This document shows positions 11,057 through 26,319 of a stretch of DNA of 64,000 nucleotides, piece after piece. Position numbers and translations under genes: made by a program. The stretch is taken from NCBI RefSeq assembly GCF_009914755.1, contig NC_060928.1; one strand, written 5' to 3'. Origin of the DNA: the human T2T-CHM13v2.0 reference genome, Homo sapiens. A model generated the notes under the pieces. It was given only the letters and a program-made list of their open reading frames with translations, was not told the DNA's origin and did not search any database. Each line of letters begins with the position of its first letter. The stretch's first letter is position 1.

Positions 11057-13855
11057 TCCTATATTTATAATATAATGATTTATATTCCTTTGTGTATATA
11101 CCCAGTAATGGATTGCTGGGTCAAATGGTATTTCTGTCTCTAGGTCTTTGAGGAATCACCACACTGTCTTTCACAATGCCTGAACTAATTTACATTCCCA
11201 CCAAGAGTGTATAAGCATTCCTTTTTCTTCACAACCTTCACCAGTTCTGTTATTTTTTGACTTTTTCATAGTAGCCATTCTGACTTGTGTTAGATGATAT
11301 CTCATTGTGGTTTTGATTTGCATTTCTCTAATAATCAGTGATGTCGAGCTTTTTTTTATAAAATTGTTGGCAGCATGTATGTTCTCTTTTGAGAAGTGTC
11401 TGTTCACTTCCTTTGCCCACTTTTTAATGGAGATTTTTTTTTCTTGTAAATTTGTGTAAGTTTACTATAGATGCTGGATGTTAGACCTTTTTCAGATTCA
11501 TAGATTGCAAAAATTTTATCCCGTTCTCTAGGTTGTCTGTTTACTCTGTTGATAGTTTCTTTTACTGTGCAGAAGCCCTTTAGTTTAGATCCCATTTGTC
11601 AATATTTGCTTCTATTTCAAATGCTTTTGGCATCTTTGTCATGAAATCTTTGCCCGTGCCTATGTCCTGAATGGTATTACCTAGGTTGCCCTCCACGGTT
11701 TTTGTCATATTGGATTTTACATTTAGGTCTTTAATCCATCTTCTGTTAGTTTTTGTATATGGTATAAGGAAGGGGGTCCAGTTTTAATCTTCTGCATATG
11801 GCTACCAGTTATCCCAGCACCATTTATTTAATAAAGAATCTTTTCTCCAATGCTTGTTTTTATCGGGTATGTCAAAGATCATATACAACCATAGTTGTAG
11901 GTGTATGGCCTTATTTCTGGGTTCTCAATTCTGTTCCATTAGTCTATGTGTCTGTTACTGTACCAGTACCATGCTATTTTGGTTACTGTCATCCTGTAGT
12001 ATAGTTTGAAGTCAGGTAGTGTTATACTTCAACTACTTGATCATGGTGGGTAAGTTACTTGGTGTGTTTCTGGATTTGGTTTGCCATTACTTTGTTGAAG
12101 AGTTTTGCATCAATGTTCATCAAGGATATTGCCCTTTAGTTTTCCCTTTTTATTTTGTCTCTGCCAGACTTTGGTATCAGGATGATGCTGGCCTCATAGA
12201 ATGAGTCAGAGAGGAGTCCCTCCTCCTCAATTTTTGAGAATAATTTCAGTAGGAATGATACCAGCATGTTTTGGTTGGTAGGCTATTTATTACTGATTCA
12301 ATTCTGTGTCCTGGGCTTTTCTTGGTTGATAGGCTGCTGGGCTATTGATTCTGATTCAATTTTGGAGCTCGTTATTGGTCTGTTCAGGGATTCAATTTAT
12401 TCCTGGCTCAGTCTTGGGAGGGTGTATGTCTCCAGGAATTTATCCATTTCTTTTAGATTTTCTACTTTATATGCATAGAGTTGTTCATAATATTCTCCAG
12501 TGGTTATTTGTATTTCTATGGTGTCAGTGATAATATCCCCTTTGTCGTTTCTAATCGTGTTTATTTGGATCTGCTCTCCTGCCTGCTAGTCTAGCTGGTG
12601 GCCTATCTATTTTATTAACTTTTTTTCAAAACCTAGCTCCTAGATTCATTGATCTTTTGAATGGTTTTTTGTGCCTCAGTCTCTTTCAGTTCAGCTCTGA
12701 TTTCTGCTGGCTTTGGGGTGGTTTTCTCTTGGTTTTCCAGTTCGTTTAGTTGTGATGTTACGTTGTTAAATTGAGTTCTTTCTAGCTCTTTGATGTGGGC
12801 ATTTAGTGCTATAATTTCCTTCTTAACACTGCCTTAGTTGTGTCCTAGATATTCTGGTACATTGTCTCTTTGTTCTCATTAGTTTCAAAGAACTTCTTGA
12901 TTTCTGCCTTAATTTTGTTATTTACCAAAAAGCCCTTCAGGAGCAGGTTATTCAATTGCCATGTAATATATGGTTGGAGTGAATTTTTCAGTCTGGATTT
13001 CTAGTTTGATTGTGCTGTGGTCTGAGAGAGTGGTTGCTATGATTTCATCTCTTTTGCACTTGCTGAGGAATGTTTTGTGTCTGATTATGTGATTGATTTT
13101 AGAGTATGTGCCATGTGACAATGAGAAGAGTGTATATTCTATAGTTTTTGGGTGGAGAGTCCTGTAGATGTCTATCAAGTCCATTTGATCCATTGCTGAG
13201 TTCAGGTCCTGAATATCTTTGTTAATTTTATGCCTTGATGATATGTTTAATGCTGTCAGTGGGGAGTTGAAGTCTTTCACTATTATTGTGTGTGAGTTTA
13301 AGTCTTTTTGAAGGTCTCCAAGAACTTGCTTTACAAAGCTGAGTGCTCCTTTGTTGGGTACATATATATTTAAGATAGTTATTCTTGTTAAATTCTTGTT
13401 AAACTCTTTCCATTATGTAATTCCCTTCTTTGTCTTTTTGATGTTTGTTGATTTAAAGTCTGTTTTATCTGAAATTAGGATTTCAGCCTCTTCTTTTTTC
13501 TGATTTACATTTGCTTGGTAGATTATTCTCTATCTCTTTATTTTGAGCCTATAAGTGTCATTGCATGTGAGATTGGTCCCATTCCCTTACCTGTGGGTCT
13601 TGGTTATTTATCCAGTTTACAACTCTGTGCCTTTTAATTGGGGTAGTTAGGCCACTTACATTCCAGGTTATCATTGATATGTGTGGATTTGATCCTGTCA
13701 TCATGATGTTAGCTGGATATTATGCAGACTTGTTTACGACCCCACTGCTTTGCAGTGTCACTGGTCTGTGTACTTACATGTGCTTTTGTAGTGGCTGGTA
13801 AGAGTCTTTCCTTTTCAAATATAGAGCTTCCTTCAGTAGCTCTTATAAAGTGGTC

Positions 13856-16643
<2,788 letters not shown>

Positions 16644-16691
16644 TTATTTTGCTCGTTAGTTAATGCAGTTTCTTCCTAGCCTTGATGGTCT

Positions 16692-17704
16692 TTACAATTT
16701 GGCATGTTTTTGCAGTGGCTGTTACCCGTTGTTCCTTTCCATGTTTGGTGCTTCCTTCAGGAGCTCTTGTAGGACAGTCCTGGTGGTGACAAAATCTCTC
16801 AGCATTTGCTTGTCTGTAAAGGATTTTATTTCTCCTTCACTTGTGAAGTTTAGTTTGGCTGGATATGAAATTCTGGGTTGAAAATTCTTTTAAGAATGTT
16901 GAATATTGGCCCCCACTCTCTTCTGGCTTGTAGGGTTTCTGCCAAGAGATCAGCTGTTAGTCTGATGGGCTTCCTTTTGTGGGTAACCCGACCTTTCTCT
17001 CTGGCTGCCCTTAACATTTTTTCCTTCATTTCAACTTTGGTGAATCTGACAATTATGTGTGTTGGAGTTGCTCTTCTCGAGGAGTATCTTTGTGGCATTC
17101 TCTGTATTTTCTGAATTTGAATGTTGGCCTGCCTTGCTAGATTGGGGAAGTTCTCCTGGATAACATCCTGCAGAGTGTTTTCCAACTTGGTTCCATTCTC
17201 CCCGTCACTTTCAGGTATACCAATCAGACGTAGATTTGGTCTTTTCACATAGTCCCATATTTCTTGGAGGCTTTGTTCATTTCTTTTTATTCTTTTTTCT
17301 CTAAACTTCTCTTCTCACTTCATTTCATTAATTTGATCTTCAATCACTGATACCCTTTCTTCCAGTTGATCGAATCGGCTACTGAAGCTTGTGCATGTGT
17401 CACGTAGTTCTTGTGCCATGGTTTTCAGCTCCATCAGGTCCTTTAAGGACTTTTCTACACTGGTTATTCTAGTTTGCCATTTGTCTAATCTTTTTTCAAG
17501 GTTTTTAACTTCTTTGTGATAGGTTCGAACTTCCTCCTTTAGCTTGGAGAAGTTTGGTTGTCTGAAGCCTTCTTCTGTCAACTTGTCAAAGTCATTCACC
17601 GTCCAGCTTTGTTCCATTGCTGGTGAGGAGCTGTGTTCCTTTGGAGGAGGAGGGGTGCTCTGATTTTTAGAATTTTCAGTTTTTCTGCTCTGTTTTTTCC
17701 CCAT
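16692..17704 (-). pseudogene. L1 ORF1p (RNA-binding chaperone), disrupted
   Basis: Pieces 17315-17704 and 16850-17248 (KRPNLRLIG, REKG, ARREW); stop at 17315 and frameshift near 16890. Confidence 0.95.
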
Positions 17705-18279
17705 CTTTGTGGTTTTATCTACCTTTGGTCTTTGATGATGGTGATGTACAGATGGGGTTTTGCTGTGGATGTCCTTTCTGTTTGTTAGTTTTCCTTCTAA
17801 CAGTCAGGACCCTCAGCTGCAGGTCTGTTGGAGTTTACTGGAGGTCCACTCCAGACCCTGTTTGCCTGGGTATCAGCAGCGGAGGCTGCAGAACAGTGAA
17901 TATTGCTGAACAGCAAATGTTGCTGCCTGATCGTTCCTCTGGAAGTTTCATCTCAGAGGAGTGCCCGGCTGTGTGAGTTGTCAGTCTGCCACTACTGGGG
18001 GATGCCTCCCTGTTAGGCTACTCGGGGGTCAGGGACCCACTTGAGGAGGCAGTCTGTCCGTTCTCAGATCTCAAACTCTGTGTTGGGAGAACCACTACTC
18101 TCTTCAAAACTGTCAGACAGGGACATTTAAGTCTGCAGAGGTTTCTGCTGCCTTTTGTTCAGCCATGCCCTTCCCCCAGAGGTGGAGTCTACAGAGGCAG
18201 GCAGGCCCCCTTGAGCTGCAGTGTGCTCCACCCAGTTCGAGCTTCCAGGCCGCTTTGTTTACCTATTCAAGCTTCAGCA

Positions 18280-18570
18280 ATGGCAGGCGCCCCTCCCCCA
18301 GCCTCGCTGCTACCTTACTGTTCGATCTCAGACTGCTGTGCTAGCAAGGACCGAGGCTCCATGGGCTTGGGACCCTCCAAGCCAGGCACACAATATAATC
18401 TCCTGGTGTGCTGTTTGCTAAGGCCATTGGAAAAGCACAGTATTAGGGTGGGAGTGACCCAATTTTCCAGGTGCCATCTGTCACAGCTTTGCTTGGCTAG
18501 TAAAGGGAATTCCCTGACCTTTTGTGCTTCATGGGTGAGGCCTCACCCTGCTTCACCTCACACCCAGTGA
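18280..18570 (+). CDS. L1 antisense ORF0 homolog, open, 96 aa
   Basis: GCAATGG start; MAGAPPPASLLPYCSISDCCAS...IRVGVTQFSRC matches primate L1 ORF0; expression unknown. Confidence 0.6.
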   Translation: MAGAPPPASLLPYCSISDCCASKDRGSMGLGPSKPGTQYNLLVCCLLRPLEKHSIRVGVTQFSRCHLSQLCLASKGNSLTFCASWVRPHPASPHTQ

Positions 18571-18700
18571 GCTGCACTCACTGTCCTGCACCCACGGTCC
18601 AACAAGCCCCAGGGAGATGAATCCAGTACCTCAGTTGGAAATGCAGAAATCACCCATCTTCTGCTCATACTGGGAGCTGTAGACTGGAGCTGTTCCTATT

Positions 18701-18712
18701 CGGCCATCTTGG
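18701..18712 (-). promoter_or_regulatory. YY1 site of the L1 5'UTR internal promoter
   Basis: CCAAGATGGCCG intact at the L1 5' terminus. Confidence 0.8.
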
Positions 18713-19593
18713 AACCACCAGGGACAGTCTTATGAATGATAACCTGAAATACATTTTCCAAGTTTCTTAAACCCTCTCCATCTCATTCAGGCACAACGAG
18801 TCATAGATTTGGTCTCTTTACATAATTTCATATTTCTTGGAAGTTTTATTTGTTCCTTTTCATACTTTTTCTCTATTCTTGCCTGACTGTATTATTTCAG
18901 AAAGTCTGTCTTCAAGCTCTGACATTCTTTCCTTAGCTTGGTCTATTCTGCTATTAATACTTTTAATTGCATTATGAAATTCTTGTAGTGTGTTTTTCAG
19001 CTCTATCTTGTTATTTATGTTCTGTTCTATACTGGCTGTTTTGTCTTTCATCTCCTGTATCATTTTATTGTGATTCTTTGCTTCCTTGAATTTGGCTTCA
19101 ATATTTTCCTGAAGCTCGATTATCTTCATTCCTACATATTCTGAATTTTATTTCTGTCATTTCATCCATTTCAGCCCGGTTCAGAGCCCTTGGTTGTCAG
19201 AGTTCTTGTGTTTGTTCTTTCTCATCTTTATGGTCTGATTTTTGTTCAGTCTTGGAAGTCACTGAGCTTTGGATGGTTTTTGTTTTCCCTTTGATCCTAT
19301 TTAATGACCTTGAGGGTTTATTCCACTATAAAGTGGATTCAGCTGACTGGTTTCATTTCTGGAAGATTTTAGGGGGCAAACACTTAGCTCCCAACTCCTG
19401 GACTGCCTGCTCTAACTTTGAGAAATTTGTATTGGGCCTATACTTTGTTCTCTGGATCCCTGAGGTTAGAAATGTACTGCACTAGATTGGGCCGTGGTGT
19501 TCCGGGACCTCTGGTCACTACACTCCAATAGGTGGTGTCAGCCAAAGCTTTTCGTAGTGCACTGCCAGTGGGATCTGTCTTTCTCTGTACATG

Positions 19594-19620
19594 CAGCAGC
19601 AGCAGCAGCAGCAGCAGCAG
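19594..19620 (+). repeat. (CAG)9 trinucleotide repeat in old L1 5'UTR
   Basis: Directly visible. Confidence 0.97.
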
Positions 19621-20899
19621 TGCAGTAGAGTGCAAGCTTGTCAGCTGCAGCAGGGTGCTAAGTGGGCCAGTGGGCCTGTTTCCATGTGGGTGTTTCCCAC
19701 AGTGACAGAGGCAGCATGACTTAAGAGGGCAGGGGCCCCTGCCAACAACTGTACAATCAGTCACACTGGTGGTGGTGTTAGTATGGTGGTGGAATGCCGA
19801 TGGGTGTAAGTCTGTATGCATTCTCTGTGTGGAAGGCAGGGGTGGTCACTCAGGGCTGGGGAGGATCTGCTGTTTCTCTGTGCCTAGTTTCATTCCCACA
19901 GCAGTGTTGGCACAAGTGTGGGGCACTGGCAGGTGTGGGGCTGGCTGGCTTTGTGCCTGCCAAAGATCTGACTGCAAAGGCAGTGTGGTGGAGAGTGGGG
20001 TGGACAGCATTCTCACCACAGCAATGGCTCGGGAGAGTTCACACTTAGAGGTGTACTGGCAAGGAACGCAAAGCCCACCCGCACATACATGCTGGTAAAG
20101 TGATGTGGGGGGTTCCCATAGGCCTGAGGGAAAGCTTCAGTATAGGGAGGAAGTGGGTGGGCTGGTGCATGGCTGTAGGGGCTGCTCCACAGGAGCTCCC
20201 CACTGGTCAGGCAGGGTCCATCAGTGCACAAGCTATGATGTGTTCCCCCAGGTCACCTGAGGCTGCCCTACAAGCAGGCGTAGCCAGGTCGGGGCACCTG
20301 GAGAAGCCAGAACACCACAGGTGCTCATGTCGGACCAACCTACTCTGATGGGCAAGTCAATTCGGTAGAGTTCAGATTCAGCAGTTCCCCTAGGGCTAGC
20401 ATCTCCTGTGGCAGCAAGTTGAGCTTGGGGGATGTTCTTCCCTGGACATGCTCCACTACAGACGTTCTGGCACCAAACCCTCTGTGCTTTAGTTGGTATG
20501 CTGACCCTAGTACTTCTCTAATCCGCTCTCTCTGCTAACTCAAGTGTCTATGGTGGTCGAGGGGGTTTCCTTCTGCCAGGATTCCAGTGGCCCACGGCAA
20601 GAGCGCATTACTCCTTGCCAGTTTAACTCACCCATTCCTCCAGAGTTGTTGGGGGCCAGGAACGAGTCCCAGTGCACTGTAGCCCTGTGCAGAGTTCTCA
20701 GCCAAATTCCCTTCAGCCCAGCTTCTGTAGCTTCCCTCTGTTTACTCTTGTGTATTCCCTCTGAACATTTGTTAGGAGCGAGCCAATCTTCTCAGTCCCT
20801 CAGTGGCAGCTGTTCCACCTGGCTGCGTCTAGTTGGCCATTTTTCTCTCTATCTTGATTTCAAATCCTCTTGTTTTCTTTTCTTGAAATTTTCTGTCCA

Positions 20900-21320
20900 A
20901 AAGCCAATGAGGCCAAAGAAGTTAGGAGGTTGAAGATGACGGGACTCTGGCCTAAAGAAGGGTATGAGAGCCCAAGCATAGTGAAGGAGATCCCCTGGGA
21001 CATGCGGTCCACTGCCATGTGGTGTTGAAGCCCGAATGGTGTACAAAGGCTTTCATGTGTGGGCATGTACCAGTGAGGAGTGTTGGATCTGCATAGGGTG
21101 TTGTAGGCATTTGGATATAAGTGGAGGTTATCGTTGGTGGTGGTAGGTTAGTTACATAAAAGGGATTTGATAATAAAATCTAGGTTATTAAGAATAATGA
21201 GAGAAATATTTCCTACTATCAAGGAAGGGAGTTAAAAATATAGAATGGGAGAAAACTAGAATAAACATTGTTTTACCAGATTAGAATTGGATATACTGAT
21301 GTGAGCTCATGATTTTTCTA
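20900..21320 (+). mobile_element. L1MC/L1MD-type 3' region relic
   Basis: GTTACATAAAAGGGATTTGAT...GGGAGAAAACTAGAATAAAC...ATTAGAATTGGATATACTGATGTGAGCTCATG. Confidence 0.55.
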
Positions 21321-22030
21321 CCTGGAGAGAACTCAAATCCCCATCAATGAGTAAATACATAATGTTATATTCATAAAATAGAATAATAAATTGCAATAAA
21401 ATAACAATTTGCAGCTTCATGCAACAATATAGATAAATCTCACAATAATATCTTTTAACAAAATATGGTAGACACAAAAGAATACACTCACTGCAATTCT
21501 ATTTATTTAAAGTTAAAAGGCAAAAATATTGTTTAGGGACATTCTCTAGTGACAAAAACATTTTTAAAACATGGTAGTGACTTAGATAAAAAGTGGAGCT
21601 GGTCAAAGAGCACACATTTCAGTTTGTAAGATGGACAAGTTCTGGATATCTATGGTATAGCATGGGTGGCAATCAAATAATTTATTTGATTATGGTAATC
21701 ATTATGCAATATATATGTAAGTCATCACATTGTCACATTACTTCTTGAATATATATAATATTTGTCAAATAAATTCTTAAAAACAAATATCTTGTGCTAA
21801 AAAATTTAAAAATCTGTTATTAATTTTAAAATATTTAAAATAAAGATTAGAATAGTGGTTACCTTTAGAGGGATAAGGATAAGGGGCATGAAAGAAGTTT
21901 CAGGAATGTTGTCCATCACCTATCTTAACATAGGTAGCAGTTACATGGGTATTTGCATTCTGAAAAATCATTGAGCTGTACGATTTTACAGTACTCTTTT
22001 TATGTGTGTTACATGTTATAACGAAAATAA
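21320..22030 (+). mobile_element. L1ME-type 3' end with nested L1MA/MB 3' fragment (~21590-21790)
   Basis: CAAATCCCCATCAATGA..., GCAACAATATAGATAAATCTCACAA, GAATAGTGGTTACCTTTAG, AAAATCATTGAGCTGTAC; insert GGTCAAAGAGCAC...AGTTCTGGATATCTATG. Confidence 0.7.
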
Positions 22031-22124
22031 AGGTATGACTATAGAATGGGTCCAAAATGGTTATATTATAAACATGGTAGACTTATGATTATCTAAAATT
22101 TCATAGATTGTATTATTTTTATTA

Positions 22125-22300
22125 TCAATGTTTATCTTCATAATCAGCTTAAAATTAGATGGCATTATTCCTCTTGTATTGATGATGAAAACACTCTCAG
22201 AAAGGCTAAGTGATTTCCCTATAATTTTTAGCTAGGAAATAGTAGAGTTGGATATCAAATTTAGTCTTAAGGTTCAAGTTCAATATTCTTTTTACTATAA
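22125..22300 (-). mobile_element. MIR SINE
   Basis: Core-like GATGATGAAAACACTCTCAGAAAGGCTAAGTGATTTCCC...AGCTAGGAAATAGTAGAGTTGG. Confidence 0.7.
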
Positions 22301-22304
22301 TATG

Positions 22305-22592
22305 ATCCTTAGTACAGTGCCTGACATATTGTGAGTTCTCAATGAGAGTTGCTGAGGTAAACCATAAGATATGGATATGGGTCTCCTTTTCTGTGCACTA
22401 GCAGTGCTCTGTTTATTCATCTATTTCTGTAAATATAGCATTCTGTTATAAATGAGTATTTATGTCTGGGTTCTCTACTGCACTCAATACCTTGAGGGCA
22501 AGAACAACACATCATCCATCTTTGCATTATTGCTGCCTAACACACAGGTCATAAAATTAGTGTCCAATAACTATATGTTGAATTAATAAATA
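22305..22592 (+). mobile_element. L2 3' end fragments
   Basis: AGTACAGTGCCTGACATA...CTCAATGA; CTTGAGGGCAAGAAC...TGCCTAACACA...CAATAACTATATGTTGAATTAATAAA. Confidence 0.6.
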
Positions 22593-22655
22593 ATCATAGA
22601 AAAACAAGGCTGATGTGCATAGAGACAAATCTAGAACAAGTAATTGCTTAGCTTC

Positions 22656-24884
22656 TGATATGGTTTGGGTCTGCCCCCACCCTAATCTCATCTTGAATTG
22701 TAACTCCTACAATTCCCACATGTTGTGGGAGGGCCCCAGTGGGAGGTAGTTGAGTTGGGGAAAGTCTTTTTCATGCTATTCTCATGATAGTGAATAAGTC
22801 TCACCAAATCTGATGGTTTTAAAAAGAAGGGTTCCCCTGCACAAGCTCCCCCATTCTTTGCATGCTGCCACCCATATAAGATGTGACTTGCTCCTCCTTG
22901 CCTTCTGCCATGATTTTGAGGCATCCCCTGCCACGTGGAACTGTAAGTCCATTAAACCTCTTTATCTTCTCAGCCTCTAGTATGTATTTATCAGCAGCAT
23001 GAGAACAGACTAATACAGCAAATTGGTAGTGGAAGTGGGACACTGCTGTAGATACCCAAAAATGTGGAAAATGTGGAAGCAACTTTGGAACTGGGTAACA
23101 GGCAGATGTTGGAACAGTTTGGAGGGATCAGAAGGAGATAGAAAAATGTGGGAAAGTTTGGAACTCCCTAGAGACTTGTTGAATGGCTTTGACCAAAATT
23201 CTGATAATGATACGGGTAATGAAATCCAGGTTGAGGTGGTCTCAGATGGAGATGAGGAAATTGTTGGGAACTAGAGTAAAGGTCACTCTTGCTACATTTT
23301 TGCAGAGACTGGCAGCATTTTTCCCTGCCCTAGAGATTTGTGGAACTTTGAACTTGAGAAAGATGATTTAAGGTAACTACTGGAAAAAATTTCTAAGCAA
23401 CAAAGCATTCAAGAGGTGACTTGGGTGCTGACAATGTGATAGAAAAGAAAATCCCATTTTCTGAGAAGAAATTCAAGCTGGCTACAGAAGTTTGCATAAG
23501 TAATGAAGAGCTGAATGTTAGTAACCAAGACAATGGTGAATAAGAGATCTTTGCAGCAGCCCCTCCCATCACAGGCCTAGAGGTTTAGGAGGACAAAATG
23601 GATTTTTGGGCCAGATACATGATCCCTTTGCTGTGTGCAGTCTAGGGACTTGGTGCCCTGCGTCCCAGCCACTCCAGCTGTGTCTAAAATGGGCCAAGGT
23701 ATAGCTCAGGCTGTTGCTTCAGAGGGTGGAAGCCCTGAGCCTTGGCAGCTTTCATGTGGTGTTGAGCCTATGGGTGCACAGAAGTCAAGAATTGAGGTTT
23801 GGGAACCTCTGCCTAGATTTCAGAGTACGTACGGAAATGCCTGGATGCCCAGGGAGAAGTTTGTTGCAGGGGTGGAGCCCTCATGGAGAACCTCTGCTAG
23901 GGCAGTGCAGAAGAGAAATTTGGGGTTGGAATCCCTACACAGAGTCCCCACTAGGGCACCACCTAGTGGAACTGTGAGAAACGGGCCACCATCCTCCAGA
24001 CCCCAGAATGGTAGATCCACCAACAGCTTGCACCATGCCCTTGGAAAAGCCACAGACACTCAATGTCAGCCCATGAAAGCAGCCTGGAGGTGGCCTATAC
24101 CCTGCAAAGCCACAAGGGCGGAGCTGCCCAAGACCATGAGAAGCCACCTCTTGTATCATTGTGAACCAGATGTGGTACATGGATTCAAAGGAGATAATTT
24201 TGGAGCTTTAAGATTTGATTGCCCTGCTAGATTTTGGACTTGCATGGGGCCTGTAACTCCTTTATTTTGGTCAATTTCTTCCATTTGGAATGGCTGGATT
24301 TATCCAATGTGTATACTCTCCTGGTATCTAGGAAATAAGTAACTTGCTTTTTGATTTTACAGATTCATAGGTGGAAAGGAGTTGCCTTGTCTCGGGTAAG
24401 ACTTTGGACTGTGGACTTTTGGGTTAATGCTGAAATGAGTTAAGACTTAGTGGGACTGTTGGGAAGGCATGATTCATTTTGAAATGTGAGGACGTGAGAT
24501 TTGGGAGGATCCAAGGATGGAATGATGTGCTTTGGCTTTGTCTCCACCCAAATCTCACCTTGAATTGTAACTCCTACAATTCCCATATGTCGTGGGAGGG
24601 ACCCAGTGGGAGGTAATTGAATAGGGTCAGGTCTGTCTTGTGCTATTCTCATGATAGTGAATAAGTCTCATGAGATCTGATGGTTTTAAAATGAGGAGTT
24701 CCCCTACACCAGGCCTCTCTCTCTTTGCCTGTTGTCATCCTTGCAAGATGTGACTTGCTCCTCCTTGCCTTCTGCCATGATTGTGAGGCCTCCCCAGTCA
24801 CGTGGAACTGTAAGTCCATTAAACCTTTTGATTTTCTCAGTCTCAAGTATGTCTTTATCAGCAGCATGAAAACAGACTAATACA
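22656..24884 (+). mobile_element. Complete THE1 (THE1A/B) MaLR: 5'LTR 22656-23017, internal region, 3'LTR 24523-24884
   Basis: Two ~362-bp direct repeats TGAT(A/G)TG...AGACTAATACA; ~1.5 kb THE1-int; 5-bp TSD GCTTC/GCCTC. Confidence 0.97.
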
Positions 24885-25024
24885 GCCTCACAATGCTTAG
24901 GATAAGTATATAAATGTACAAGCTCTGTAAAAAGTATTTTATTCTTTTAAGAAGCACTTCTCAATCCTCTGCTCAAGTCTTGTTCTAGAGATTTGAGGTT
25001 TAAACTTTATAAAGAAGGTGATGC

Positions 25025-25348
<324 letters not shown>

Positions 25349-26319
25349 CTAGTTATGTGCTAATAAGTCCCCTTCTAGCAATCCAAATCTTATCATTGCT
25401 ATGTCTTAAATTCTGTAATTAAAAATCAATTTTCTATAATTTGAAAAACAGAATGAAAGTAAATGTATAATTACATTTTAAAATTAGTGAAAATTTTTTG
25501 TTAGTGTGCTCAGATCTTTAGCTTAACTTTAAAATCAAACAGTGGTACACTAATGCTTAATTTTATTAGAATTACAGTTACAATTAATTTTGTATATGAT
25601 ATTTATGAAGTGACTGTTTTATGTCTTCTAGAATAGTTTTCTTTTCTGTTGTTCTTTATCTTCCTACGGATTTCTATCTGAAATTCGTATTAAGAAGGAT
25701 AATGAAAGTGAAGCAATATACTTTACAAAATTGAGGTTAGCATTCTTTAACAACAAAAATATTGATTGTACCAAATCATAAGAGATATAATTGATTTAAA
25801 ATTTCCCCTGACCATTAAAGAATCAATAAAAATATGTAAAAGCATAAATATAAGTGTCCTGGAGCAGTGACAGTGTTCATCTGCATGACATTCATATTGT
25901 ATTACCTATTAGCACAAAATTGTTACAAGTTGAAATAATAAGGATGTCACTGAATAATAGCAAAATACATCTGCATTAAAATATACCTGGAAAGTTTCCT
26001 AAAATTATTCATATTTTACTAAATTAACAGTTTATAAAAACTTAATTTATATAAAAGGAGACAAAATGTTAAATGTGAAAATGCTTGTTATACTGAGCAT
26101 CATCTTTTAATCATTCAAAATTGTGCCTTTTTTAACATATAAATGTGGCTTTACAATTTGGCCAAGATGTTTCCAAAGTATTAGCTTGAGATTCTGGTTT
26201 TGATCATAATGCAGATAAAACTTAACCTCATTCTGTAAACTATGGAATTGAATAAAACATATTTTCTTGTACTGGGCAACAGAGAGCATAGGTCTTTGAG
26301 AAAACAGGAATATATTAGG

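Noticed and set aside
19438-19821. Poly-Leu/poly-Gln-type ORF
   Set aside because: Translation of the CAG/CTG tract within an L1 5'UTR.
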